A stretch of DNA of 64,000 bases from Octopus sinensis (taxonomy: Eukaryota): NCBI RefSeq assembly GCF_006345805.1, contig NC_042997.1:26846001-26910000 (forward strand), written 5' to 3'. Positions 1 through 12,780 of this stretch are shown piece after piece. A program made the position numbers and the translations under genes. How positions within the stretch are numbered: position 1 is the stretch's first letter; each line of letters begins with the position of its first letter. Under the pieces are notes generated by a model. That model was given only the letters and a program-made list of their open reading frames with translations, ran no database searches and had not been told where the DNA came from.

Positions 1-600
1 CAACCGCATGTGCAGACTATGTCATGTTTCTCGAAGACATCACGCATGTGATTAGCAGCCATTCTGAAATGTCATCATGCTACTACCTCCCTATGTGGCA
101 CAATGTTATCGCGAAAACAACTTACAATACAATCTGCAAAAAGACTCTTCTGAAATATACTTAGAAAAACCCTCTGTTACGGAATACATTCATAAACACC
201 AACTCAAGGAATACTGGTGGAATATTCCCATTAAAAATTCCGTCGAATGTAAACATAACAGGCCGATTATTGTTGTTTGGGACAGAGAGGCAAAGGTATG
301 TACTCTCATAGAGGTCAACTACCCTGCAGATATAAATATATCTTTGGAAATGAAAAATAAATAGGATATCTATAGAACTTCTTAGAAACTTCTGTCTACT
401 ATATCCAGACTATGAATTCATATTCGCACCAATAATAATTGGAGCACTAGGTTTTGTTAGTAAATACTTAAAGGAGTATATAGATAAACAGGGATTTTCA
501 GAAAGAGAGATCGGCCGGCTAATTCGTACACTACAAGTGCAATCTGTGAGTGGAACAGTAAAAATATGCAAGACTTTTCCCAGATTTCAAATGTGAATTT
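1..600 (+). pseudogene. R4/Dong-like non-LTR retrotransposon 3' fragment (CCHC knuckle + restriction-like endonuclease), frameshifted
   Basis: Across frames: CRLCHV..EDITHVISS..MSSCYYLP..HNVIAK, then WWNIPIK..KHNRPIIVVWDREAKVCTLIEVNYPADINI and IIIGALGF; matches the CRxC..H..C / PD..D..IE..PxD layout of RLE LINEs. Confidence 0.8.
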
Positions 601-954
601 CTCTGTGTTACCTACATCCCAATGATGGTGACTTGTATCTTTGTTGGAAACTGGCTCCCTCCTCGGTGGAAGGTATATCATAATTAGAAAATAGAAGATA
701 CATGCAACGATATATGAACGTTATAACGTTATTATTCTCAATACTTTCCGATAGATTCAGATAGTATTATGCTAGCTGGCGTTGTGTATGTCACAGGTAA
801 ACAATTTCTCTCTTTTACACCAACATCCTGTACATAAAGCACTCGGTTAATTGGCGCAAGGGTTTCTGGAATACTAATGTTACGACATTTTATGTCTTGC
901 CAACCGAAGTATTCCGACTTTTAGGTTTATACATACACAAGCACTCACGCACGC

Positions 955-1248
<294 letters not shown>

Positions 1249-1864
1249 CGAGGATTCATATACGTTTGTGCATACACACATATATTCACTGATGCCGAGC
1301 TCTTCTAGCCACAGCCACACAACAGCACAGGAAAAGATTTTATATCGTTCACTCAACCTTAATTATCCAATGCCGAAATGAGATGGTTCCTTTCGTCAAC
1401 AATCGAGATATACATCAGAAACAGTTACAACATACCATTTACTTTAAATCAGCCACATCTAACATCAATGTCACATAATCTGTAATGATCCTGGTGCACT
1501 CTGAAGCACCTCCCAAATGAAATAACATCTGAGTAAAGTCACATTAGGTCATATCTTATTAGCAGCGAACGAATTGTCGCTGTTAGAACGTCTTTTGTAT
1601 AATATGGAAGAACATTACAAGATAATGTATTGTCGCTTTATTTTCCCTATACTATCATTTTCAAAATGAAACCAGGGTTTACTATTCAAGACCCTAAAGT
1701 AGATTCACTTCAAAGACATTTTTATTCCTTTACTCATTTGCCATAGAAATTTAATGATCTACGCATGCCTCTCTGTCCCGTAAACTTCAAGTTATTCGGT
1801 GTTATATGAATTTACTAATTTATACATATAGATTCCAGATTTATAAGCACGATCATACGACATT

Positions 1865-2250
1865 GTGGAGGCGCAATGGCCCAGTGGTTAGGGCAGCGGA
1901 CTCGCGGTCGTAGGATCGCGGTTTCGATTCCCAGACCGGGCGTTGTGAGTGTTTATTGAGCGAAAACACCTAAAGCCCCACGAGGCTCCGGCAGGGATGG
2001 TGGTGATCCCTGCTGTACTCTTTCACCACAACTTTCTCTCACTCTTACTTCCTGCTTCTGTTGTACCTGTATTTCAAAGGGCCGGTCTTGTCACTCTCTG
2101 TGTCACGCTGAATATCCCCGAGAATTACGTTAAGGGTACACGTGTCTGTGGAGTGCTCAGCCACTTACACGTTAATTTCACGAGCAGGCTGTTCCGTTGA
2201 TTCGGATCAACCGGAACCCCGTCGTTGTAACCGACGGAGTGCTTCCTCTC
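1865..2250 (+). mobile_element. SINE family A (tRNA-derived head, about 385 bp), full length with TSD
   Basis: Head ggaggcgcaatggcccagtggttagggcagcggac..ggtttcgattccc with A/B-box-like motifs; 12-bp TSD tcatacgacatt (1853-1864, 2251-2262); 3 further copies in window. Confidence 0.9.
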
Positions 2251-2394
2251 TCATACGACATTAGAAGAAAAGCGCATCACACACGTTTTCCAGGATATAA
2301 ACGGTAAATTATATCGAGAAATAAGTGTATATAACGGTATTTAAGGAAACCTGAGTATTAATGTACATTTTTTCCTACAATTTAATAATACTTT

Positions 2395-2530
2395 CGATAT
2401 AGGAACAAGGCCTGAAATTTTGGGAGTTGGGGCTAAGTCCTTTATATCGGCCCTATAGATTGACTGGTATTTATTTCATCGACCCCGAAAGAATGAAAGG
2501 CAAAGGCAAGATCGACCACGGTGGAATCCT
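2395..2530 (-). mobile_element. SINE family C, degenerate fragment
   Basis: tactggtatttatttcatcgaccccgaaagaatgaaaggcaaag-like core. Confidence 0.6.
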
Positions 2531-2831
2531 GTCTTAGTTAACACTGCATAATTTGCTGGTAGAAGTTAATTCCTTTTACAGGTACATAGATAAAATGAAG
2601 TGAAACAAGTCATATTTAATGTAGTTGTGGCTTCTGGCCTCTAAAATTGTATGGAGCAAAACTGACTTCCTAATCGATGATTACGTCTTCTTAGTATTAT
2701 TTTGTCTGAATGGCTGGTCCATTGGGCATAGAAAATGTCGAGACTGTATTGTTGTCGAGATGCGTATAGTAAATCAATTAGCTTTAACCTAGCACTATGT
2801 GAGTGTATGTGTGTGCGCGCGTGTGTCTTAG

Positions 2832-2881
<50 letters not shown>

Positions 2882-4044
2882 CGTCGATGCAGACACACAC
2901 ACGCACGCACATACAGATACACAGGCACACACTCTCACTCACACACATATTTATGTGAATGTGCTTCTGATTAATAAACTGAAATAGAATATAGAGCATT
3001 GGCTCCATTGAGAAATATAAATTCCTTAAATTTTTCGAATTATCTATTCAACTGCTAACGTCATACGAACAACAGTCAATAGTTTTCTGATTTTGTTTCT
3101 AACTCAGAAGGAAATTTTAGTACATTAAGTGATTTCTTTTATTTAAAGGTTACCGCTAAGCATTTCGCCCGGGGGTGCTAACGTTTCTGCCAGCTCGCAT
3201 TTTAGTACATTAAGTGTGATTGCATGCGATATTCACCAAATGAGGTTTTAAGCTACGAAAATCCATGGGGAATAATTTTTTCTTTTTCTTTTTCTTTTTC
3301 TTTTTTGTTACTTTCAATTATACAGATTCCCATTCATCAAAATGAAAGTCAATTGTTTTCTTGCTGCGAAACCCTATTTGTAGTTTGCATCGTATTCTTC
3401 TGTCAATGTCAGATTTAGAGGAGTTTGCGACTCAATTTTCTTCTCGCCTCTTAAAAATCACAAGCACACTACAGATAATTTCACATATTCCTAAAAGACA
3501 ATACAGACAACTGGAACGCCTTTCTCCAGAGGACTGGGTAATTAATACTGCATAGATTGCAAACAATGTCAACAATGAAATGCAGAAGAGACCAAACAAA
3601 AGATTACTATTCATTTCTTAAGGCAGACAATAATTTTCAAACAACTTCTTCACCATAGTTAAATGACATCCACTCAGTTGTTTTCAGTACCAAGAGGGAA
3701 AGTCGACATCACGCTTGTAACTCACATCTGAAAATGCTTGCCTTAGTATCTGCTTAGTCTAAAGCCAAAAGAAATAATTGCTGTAAAATCTAAAAATAGC
3801 TCATTACTTTCACTGATGCTCTTGAAAGATTGCTGCTCTGAAGTTCTTCAAAAAGACTAGCTTGAGTTACGTACTTAGAAATTCATTTATTAGGATTTAA
3901 TGATTTAGATATGTAAACAGTCATGGATAACCGTCTCGTTTACACTATTGCCAAGCTAATAACTTTCTTTGAACTATCAATATAACACCGGTCTTTCTTA
4001 ACGTTCTTTGATGTATTGTTTACGTATTGGTTTCAGATTTTAAA

Positions 4045-4093
<49 letters not shown>

Positions 4094-4211
4094 GACATGG
4101 ATGTATATATAGGTAGATAGATATGTACATGTGTATATTTAAATGTATGTACGTGCAAAATATCTCTCTCCTCTTACACGCAAAGACACAGACACACACA
4201 CTGTCTGTCTG

Positions 4212-4247
<36 letters not shown>

Positions 4248-4276
4248 TATATAATTATATATATATCTATAATATA

Positions 4277-4320
<44 letters not shown>

Positions 4321-4671
4321 TATATATAGACATATAGCTTATGTAGATTATGCAGCTTATGTATTTACTCTTTTAAACGAAAAAAAAAAGCATTCAGAAA
4401 TATACTTTAGGTATGATTGTGAATATGCGCGTGTAGGCGTGTAATTTTATATTCAACATAAACTCAAGAGAAGTTCAATCGGTTCACGATCTATTGCAGT
4501 CAGTGGGGCGAGTGCCAGATTAAATACTAAACACCGCGAGAAGATATGAGATTTGTAACGGTAGTACCTTCGGAATGCTTATATTCAAAATATAGATAAT
4601 TATATTTTAAACTCACAAATGTACTATCACATTTTATAGCATGTCTATTATAATGACGGTTTTTCAAAATG

Positions 4672-4675
4672 CTCT

Positions 4676-4740
<65 letters not shown>

Positions 4741-4960
4741 ATATCTATCTATCTATTTATCCATCCATCCATCCATCCATCCATCCATCCATCCATCCAT
4801 CCATCTAGATAGATAGATAGATACATACATACATACATACATACATACATACATACATACATACATACATACATACATACATACATACATACATACATAC
4901 ATACATACATAATATACATAGATAATATATAGATAGATAGATAGATACATACATACATAA
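4672..4960. repeat. Compound (TCTA)n-(TCCA)n-(TAGA)n-(CATA)n microsatellite
   Basis: Directly visible. Confidence 0.95.
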
Positions 4961-5100
4961 TGTATGAATATATATATGTGTGTGTATGTATGTATATGTT
5001 TATATATGTATGTATATATATATGTGTATATATATATATATATATACATATATAGATATATATATATATGTATGTATGTATGTATATATACACAGGCATA

Positions 5101-5318
5101 AGGGCATCGAGCTGGCAGAATCGTTTGCATGCCGGGCGAAATGCTTAGCGATAGTTCGTCTGCCGTTACGTTTTGAGTTCAAATTCCGCCGTGATCGACT
5201 TTGCCTTTCACCCTTTAAGGGTCGATAAATTAAGTACCAGTTATGCACTGGGGTCGATGTAATCGACTAAATCCCTTTGTCTGTCCTTGTGTGTCTCCTC
5301 TGGGGTAATAAGGAAATA
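5101..5318 (+). mobile_element. SINE family C (about 230 bp)
   Basis: gagctggcagaatcgtt..gagttcaaattccgcc..gactttgcctttca..gtcgataaattaagtacc..aaggaaata. Confidence 0.9.
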
Positions 5319-7125
5319 TATATATGAATGTATTATATGTGTGCATAATAGAAAGAAAATCTACAACTATTGGTGATGTTGTTTCTTCGCTTTTTATATA
5401 GAGACCCTTTTTTAAAATTTTCTGAACGTCATAAGACCTATTACTGGTGAAAAACTTTCATCTGTGTTTTCAATTTTTTTGTGTTGCTCCTATAGTATCA
5501 TTTCGCTGATGCAGTTATTTATTCGTACAACCTATTTGCATAAATCTGTCCTCCTTTATTCGTATGTCCGTATCGTTTTCTATCCACTTTAAGTCCGTTA
5601 TATGAATATAGGCAGATATACAGATCTACGTAACTGCACCACATAGGAATTGACTCACATGCACAATGTGTATGTATGTAGTACATACACACATTACATA
5701 CACAGAACCAGACACACACACATACACACACAGACTACCACCCCCGCCAATATATATATAATATATATGATACCATATATATATATATATATAATATGAT
5801 ATATATGTATGTATATTCGCATATACATATCTACACACATATGATCTGCATAGTCTTTAATTTATGATGTATGAATTCATCTATATTTTGTATGGTTATA
5901 AAATTCTTTGATATTGTTTCTGCTCGTCCACCGATTTCGATGGCGGTTGTCTTCTTCAAAGCCAAATCCTTATAAAACACTATCCCGATGCTTAAATTTC
6001 AAATTCTTTCGCTCACAGAATATCTAAATATTTTGTTGGAGATGGTAAGGGCTTTTGTGTGTAGACATGTGCCTTTTGAAGCTTCCCCTGATTATTTTTC
6101 ACCTATATATCCTCGGTTTCACTTTACCACACTGACACTGGTAAATTTAATACCTTGTAGACAGGCTTTTTTACTCTTGAATGACTAATTTTACCCTTCT
6201 GCGGCTAGTCTTCGAACCACTTATTTCATCTCCAACGAGGTGTTCACCTGGAAAAGATGACAATAATGAATCAACCAGTAACACATGCACGCAACATGTT
6301 TGACGCTTCTCAGATATTGATAGCTAGACTTGGTTCTGAATAATACTTTGCCAGTGGATGCTCGAGTGCGCGGAAGATAAAAGCCCACTGGCGTCAGCTT
6401 TGTGTTCGTCACATCTATTATGCATATAAAGACATACGTCTTCACGCATACACACACACACACTCACACACACACACATATATATATACTTATATATGAA
6501 TGAATATATGCGTGCTTGTGTGTGTGTGTATTTAGGCAGAAAGATTGCGGGAGAGATAAAGAGTAAGACTGGTGGATGGAGAAGACAAAATGGGAGAAAG
6601 AGACGAAAAGAGATGAGATTGATATTCATAGAGACACCACAATCAATACATCAAATATTGATAGCAGGATTGCGTGACATCTATGACGAATAGCTGTCAA
6701 CGGCCTACTGCATTAACAGCAAAGGCAAGAGAAATAGTATGCAACAACATATCGTGTCTTTATGCATCATATGTTTTATTGGATTGCAATGTTGACATCG
6801 ACCCTTCTCATAGCTTGTGAAGACAAGTACTTCCTTTAATTTAGCCCCGTTTAATATATAATATAAACCTTTATATATTGGCAGAAGCTTCAGCTCGTGA
6901 ACTTGGTGGAACTAGTCCATGTTAATTCCTTATCGTATGGCTACTATCACACAATTTCATTTGAAATCCTTGGGTTCAGCTACACGTTTTCTCCTTCAAA
7001 GTTCAATGATATAACTATCAGTATTGAGACAATGCTGGGTCATTTACTTTAATAGACTGCTTCATCCAAAGATAAATTGTGCACTTGTCCTAACGTGTGA
7101 ACTTTATTATTAATATTCTCATCAT

Positions 7126-7470
7126 AGGGCAGGAGTGGCTGTGTGGTAAGTAGCTTGCTAACCAACCACATGGTTCCGGGTTCAGTCCCACTGCGTGGCA
7201 TCTTGGGCAAGTGTCTTCTGCTATAGCCCCGGGCCGACCAATGCCTTGTGAGTGGATTTGGTAGACGGAAACCGAAAGAAGCCTGTCGTATATATATGTA
7301 TATATATATATATATGTGTGTGTTTATGTATGTGTCACTTAGCGGTTCGGCAAAAGAGATCGATATAATAAGTACTGGGCTTACAAAGAATAAGTCCCGG
7401 GGTCGATTTGCTCGACTAAAGGCGGTGCTCCAGCATGGCCGCAGTCAAATGACTGAAACAAGTAAAGAGT
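7126..7470 (+). mobile_element. SINE family B (tRNA head, cttgggcaagtg CORE-like segment, internal TA/TG spacer), internally deleted
   Basis: gcaggagtggctgtgtggtaagtagcttgc..ccgggttcagtccc..gactgaaacaagtaaagag; many copies in window. Confidence 0.9.
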
Positions 7471-7703
7471 AGGGCGATGAGCAGGCAGAATCGTTAGCAC
7501 GCCGGGCGAAATGCTTAGTGATATTTCATCTGCCATTACGTTCTGAGTTCAAATTCCACCGAGGTCGACTTTGCCTTTCATCCTTTCGAGGTCGATAAAT
7601 TAAGTACCAGTTATGCACTGGGGTCGATGTAATCGACTTAATCCCTTTGTCTGTCCTTGTTTGTTTCCTCTGTGCTTAGCCCCTTGTGGGTAGTAAAGAA
7701 ATA
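7471..7703 (+). mobile_element. SINE family C fused to preceding family B copy
   Basis: Family C consensus; the B+C pair is flanked by 14-bp direct repeat aatattctcatcat. Confidence 0.9.
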
Positions 7704-7721
7704 AATATTCTCATCATTATT

Positions 7722-7880
7722 AAGGCGGTGAGCTAGCAGATTCATCAGTGCGACGGTTTCAAATTCCACTTAGGCCGACTTCGCCTTTCATCCTTTTCGG
7801 CGTCTATTAAATAAGTACCAATTGAGTAGCAGTGTCGATTTAATCGACTATCCTCTCCTTCGAAATTGCTGGCCAAAATT
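7722..7880 (+). mobile_element. SINE family C, older degenerate copy
   Basis: aaggcggtgagctagcaga..ttcaaattccac..gccgacttcgcctttcatcc. Confidence 0.7.
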
Positions 7881-8340
7881 TGAAATCAGTATTCCCGTTA
7901 TTATTTATATTATTTCTGTCAGCGTCCCCTACATTGACGGCTCGTTTGCCATGACTATTTATGTGCAAGCTTCCGCTTTGTTTACAGAGTCTGCTGAAAT
8001 CTAAGACCTTTTCTGATGTTCATCCGTTTCACAGATTTACAGAGCTCGGTCAAACGGAAACCGTAATTAGACAGCTAGCTTCGAGAATGTTGTCAGCTAC
8101 ACATTCTTCTCAACGGATCGTCTAAATGTTATTAGTGGCAACAATCAACGAAATAACATTTTCTCGGGGGACTTTAAATTTGGGACAGCTTCCTATAATC
8201 CTTGGCTTCGCGGTTCTTCGGGAAGGCTGTGTGGGTTTAGAATACAATTTAGAGGAACGGTAGCTTCATTATCCTGACTTTGTTGCCACTGTATTTGATT
8301 CCATTTGGTTGAATCCATATTAGGACATATCATTTCTTAC

Positions 8341-8738
8341 GTTGTGGCTGTGTGGTAAGTAGCTTGCTAACCAACCACATGGTTCCAGGTTCAGTCCCAC
8401 TGCGTGGCATCTTGGGCAAGTGTCTTCTGCTATAGCCTCGGGCCGACCAATGCCTTGTGAGTGGATTTGGTAGACGGTAACTGAAAGAAGCCTGTCGTAT
8501 ATATGTATATGTTTGTGTGTATGTTTGTGTGTCCGTGTTTGTCCCCCTAGCATTGCTTGACAACCGATGCTGGTGTGTTTGCGTCCCCGTTTCTTAGCCG
8601 TTCGGCAAAAGAGACCGATAGAATAAGTACTGGGCTTACAAAGAATAAGTCCCGGGGTCGATTTGCTCGACTGAAGGCGGTGCTCCAGCATTGCCGCAGT
8701 CAAATGACTGAAACAAGTAAAAGAGAGTAAAAGAGAGT
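8341..8738 (+). mobile_element. SINE family B
   Basis: Near full-length match to other B copies; tail (gtaaaagaga)x2. Confidence 0.9.
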
Positions 8739-9851
8739 ATTATTATTCCATGTCAGTTTATTCAGACCGTATTCAGCGTAAATTCCACTGAATTCTTTGT
8801 TCCATTTACCTCTAAGTTGCAGGGCCATGAAACAAAATCAACAGACAAGCACCCATGCACGCATATACAATAAACACACATACAAACATTCCTAGTAATT
8901 TATGTTTATGCTTTACAAAAAACTTCGCTTTTTACTTCGCAGAATTTATGCCGGTTACTAACGGAAAGTTCTTTTGTTAAATAAAGTCAAGACTTCTTGC
9001 GCATTCGTTGCTTTTGAATGTGTTAGACCAGTATGTCTGTGTGTGTGTGTATGTATGTGTGTGTGTGTATGTGTGTGTGTGTGTATGTGTGTGTGTGTGT
9101 GTGAAGAGAGAGAGAGAGAGAGGGACAGAGAGAGATGCGTCTATGTGTCTAGATGTATGTATGAATAAACTTGTGTTCATGTAGTGGGTGTGCATTGCGC
9201 TTGACATTTGAGTTCTATACATGCGTTTTTTGTGTGTGAGTGTGTGGGGTGTATTCGTTGCTATTCTTTCTTTTTCTATGCTTAATCCAAAACAACGAAA
9301 CGGAAAATCTATGGAAATAGTTTTAAACTTTCACTGTATGACCAATTGATTGAATTTTGGAGGAAGTAAATTAGTTTGCTCTGGTCATTCTTGAAGGAGT
9401 CCGACATTTGTAGCCTTTTATGCGAACTTCTTGTTACGTAGTCCACTTATAACACTAAGCATGAATGAATATGTACAACATGTAGATGAGAACTGTAATT
9501 TTCTTATTAAATACCAGTAATGGTTAGTACCTTCCTTGTCTCGATGGTCATGTTGCACATATTTTCCTGGCTCCACTTCAGTATCTCAAATGGTATAGCG
9601 AAACTGGTATAGCGAAAATATTCCTGGACATCTTATAACTAAAAGCAAACGGCTTAGACTCTCTAGCCAACAAAGTCTGCTGAAGCATTATCTTGCAACT
9701 CACGTATTAACTTACGTAACGTTATCGTTAATTCAGAAGTTCTTCTGACATATATTATTGAAGATAGAAAAAACTGACAAGTTATGTATGCGTGAATATT
9801 AGTATCAGAATGTATCTAATAATTGAAGCCTTTATATAAATAAAAAAAAAT

Positions 9852-10100
9852 TAATAAATGCGCCTTCTTAAAGCCTAGCCAGGCTCATGGGCCCGGTTTC
9901 CCGGTTCCAATGGCGTATATGTTCCCCAGCTGGACGGGACGCCAGTCCATCGCAGTGTTACTCATTTTTGCCAGCTGAGTGGACTGGAGTAACGTGAAAT
10001 GAAGTGTTTTGCTCAAGAACACAAATCGTCGCCCGGTCCACGAATCGAAACCACAATCTTGCGATCATGATGCTGACACCCTAACCACTAAGCCACGCGC
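9852..10100 (-). mobile_element. SINE family D (tRNA head + MIR/CORE-like cttgagcaaaacacttcatttcacgtt..ccactcagctggcaaaaatgagta)
   Basis: tRNA-like head gcgcgtggcttagtggttagggtgtcagc..gtttcgattc; second copy at 17420-17645. Confidence 0.85.
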
Positions 10101-10635
10101 GTCCACCCTCGTAAAATACGAGGTGCAAAAACAATAAATAATATGATTTTTCGTGTTTCGTGAATTCTGAAGACAGCTTGCGTGGGGTCGTTACTAAATG
10201 AACAAATTCCCCGCAATTGGATTGAAAGAATACGTATTTGTGATAGCATTTTTACAGACTCGTTCGACTTTGAACCGGAATTACGAAAAATATATCGCAA
10301 ACATGTTCTCGGAAATAAATAATATAATCTTATTGTTGTATTTAGGAATGGTCATTTTGTCAATTTAGCCAATATATAAACGTAATAATATAATCGCTAG
10401 AGGGAACATTTAAACGAAGTCATTTATTAAAGTTTCTATAAAATTTATTTCCACTATATATTATCTTATCTTCATGTGAAGACTTCGGGTTAAGATATGA
10501 TTAACACACTGACACAGTCTTGACTACAATATTTCGAGAGGAAAATAATACGAGTTTGCATTTGTGGGATACATATGCTTACGTATTATATACATAGTAT
10601 ATACATGATATATATATATATATATATATATTCAG

Positions 10636-10669
<34 letters not shown>

Positions 10670-10730
10670 GAGAATATATAGAATATATAAGAATATATAT
10701 TATATATATGATACACAACGCACGTACAAT

Positions 10731-10769
<39 letters not shown>

Positions 10770-10771
<2 letters not shown>

Positions 10772-10985
10772 CGGGAAGCTTTATGAATAAACAAAAGACG
10801 AAGGCAGGTGGAGTACAAACAAACAATTGTATTAATATAGCGCTCAGGAATATAAATAAAACAACCCTTTTACGTTTCGAGCCTACGCTCTTCGACAGAA
10901 AGATACACAGAAAAGAAACACGGAGAGGAACAAGGAGAGAAAAAAAATGCGTGCAGAAGCTAGCGATTCAACATGGCGAACCCCA
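10770..10985 (-). mobile_element. (TA)n-abutting short repeat F1, probable PLE terminal-repeat relic
   Basis: Second copy at 38980-39180 (+); carries hammerhead-like motif; PLE origin is inference. Confidence 0.55.
10867..10902 (-). ncRNA. Minimal type-I hammerhead-like motif with variant core CUGUCGA
   Basis: CUUU-CUGUCGA-A-GAGC guag GCUC-GAAA-CGUA-AAAG: stem I CUUU/AAAG, stem II GAGC/GCUC, palindromic stem III ACGU, GUA triplet. Confidence 0.5.
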
Positions 10986-11168
10986 TATATATATGTGTGT
11001 GTGTGTGTGTTGATTTCCATTTGTTGTGTTTTTCTGTTCTACCTTTGATTTATCTACGCGGCGTTCCGTACATTCTTTTGTTTACTTTGTTAAAAAAGAT
11101 ATTCCTTGAATATTGTGTAGGACTTTCACCCTCCTTTCCTCGCTTTTCTCCCTTATTTCTTTCTTCCT

Positions 11169-11169
<1 letters not shown>

Positions 11170-11200
<31 letters not shown>

Positions 11201-11206
11201 ACTTTG

Positions 11207-11259
<53 letters not shown>

Positions 11260-11260
11260 C
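11170..11260. repeat. (CT)n microsatellite
   Basis: Directly visible. Confidence 0.95.
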
Positions 11261-11701
11261 GCTCGTTCCTCTGTCCCTCCGATTTTATTTTCCCTCTCTG
11301 GTATTCCTTAATCTCTTTTCCTCCCTCACTCTTATTTTTCAATTTCTTTGCTTCCTAACATACGACCCTTGTACATTTTTCTCTCTCCCTCCCCTCCCTC
11401 TCATTCTTTAGTAACTCAGATTTCTTTCCCCTCTCTCCTATTCCTAAGTCCCTCGGCCATCTTCAACTCTTTTCGTCTCCTACTACGTGTTCGCTGTCCG
11501 GTTAACGCATTGTCATCTTTTTTCGATCAGCCGCCCTTCAGGCTGTTCGCGTCCGTCTGTCTCTCCGCCCGGTCCGTTAAGATTTTCTATTTTTCCATTG
11601 CGCCAGCTCACTACGCTTGTCTGATAATCGAAAGATTCTTTTTGTTATCATTGTTGTAATTGTACAATTACTTTATCATTTGTTGTATAGCCGAAAGGTG
11701 T

Positions 11702-11913
11702 TTACTCTTTTACTCTTTTACTTTTTCAGTCATTCGACTGTGGCCATGCTGGAGCACCGCCTTTAATCAAGCAACTCGACCCCGGGACTTATTCTTTTGT
11801 AAGCCCAGTACTTATTCTATCGGTCTCTTTTGCCGAACCGCTAAGTAACGGGGACGTAAACACACCAGCATCGGTTGTCAAGCAATGCTAGGGGGAGAAA
11901 CACAGACACACAA

Positions 11914-11963
<50 letters not shown>

Positions 11964-12126
11964 GACGGGCTTCTTTCAGTTTCCGTCTACCAAATCCACT
12001 CACAAGGCATTGGTTGGCCCGGGGCTATAGCAGAAGACACTTGCCCAAGATGCCACGCAGTGGGACTGAACCCGGAACCATGTGGTTGGTAAACAAGCTA
12101 CTTACCACACAGCCACTCCTGCGCCT
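11702..12126 (-). mobile_element. SINE family B, full length
   Basis: Reverse complement of B consensus. Confidence 0.9.
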
Positions 12127-12376
12127 ATTTATTATTATCATAATGTTACATCCACTCGATAGCCGAAAGGTCCTTTCTGTTATTTACATATTTGTATTCG
12201 TATATATACAATATATTTTTGCTTATATTCTATATCAGAAAGGCGTTGTGTAGCACGTGAATAATTCTAGCTTTCCCGTTCTTGTTTCTGTTCTTGCTTT
12301 CGTTCTTGTATTCATTCGTTTACCTTTCTAAGAGGCTTAATGCTTTTAGCTTATGTCCCTTGCAACCACCGGATTC

Positions 12377-12780
12377 TCTCTTTTACTTGTTTCAGTCATT
12401 TGACTGCGGCCATGCTGGAGCACCGCCTTTAATCGAGCAACTCGACCCCAGAACTTATTCATTGTAAGCCTAGTACTCATTCTATCAGTCTCTCAGGCAG
12501 AACCGCTTAGTTACGGGAACGTAAACACACCAGCAACGGTTGTCAAGGGATGCTTGGGGGACAAATGCAGACACACAAACATATACACATACACACACAC
12601 ACATATATATATACTTATATACGATGGGCTTCTTTCAGTTTCCGTCTACCAAATCCACTCACAAGGCTTTGGTCGGCCCAATTTTATAGTAGAAGACACT
12701 TGCCCCAGGTTCCACGCAGTGGAACTGAACTCGGAACCATGTGGTTGGTAAGCAAGCTACTTACTACATAGTCACTCCTA
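12377..12780 (-). mobile_element. SINE family B
   Basis: Reverse complement of B consensus. Confidence 0.9.

Noticed and set aside
1867-1945. tRNA-like sequences at heads of families A, B and D
   Set aside because: They continue into multicopy SINE bodies with TSDs, and no complete cloverleaf with acceptor stem is evident; not tRNA genes
1949-2200. Recurrent ORFs such as MFIERKHLK/MVVIPAVLFHH and MLGGQT/RRASFSFRLPNP
   Set aside because: Chance frames within SINE A and B copies
10330-10380. F4 repeat (also 27035-27075, 49600-49660) as a hammerhead
   Set aside because: Core varies (UUGACAA/CUGGCAA/CUGACAA), GAAA is present in only one copy, and no stem I or III is found; kept only as a TA-abutting repeat
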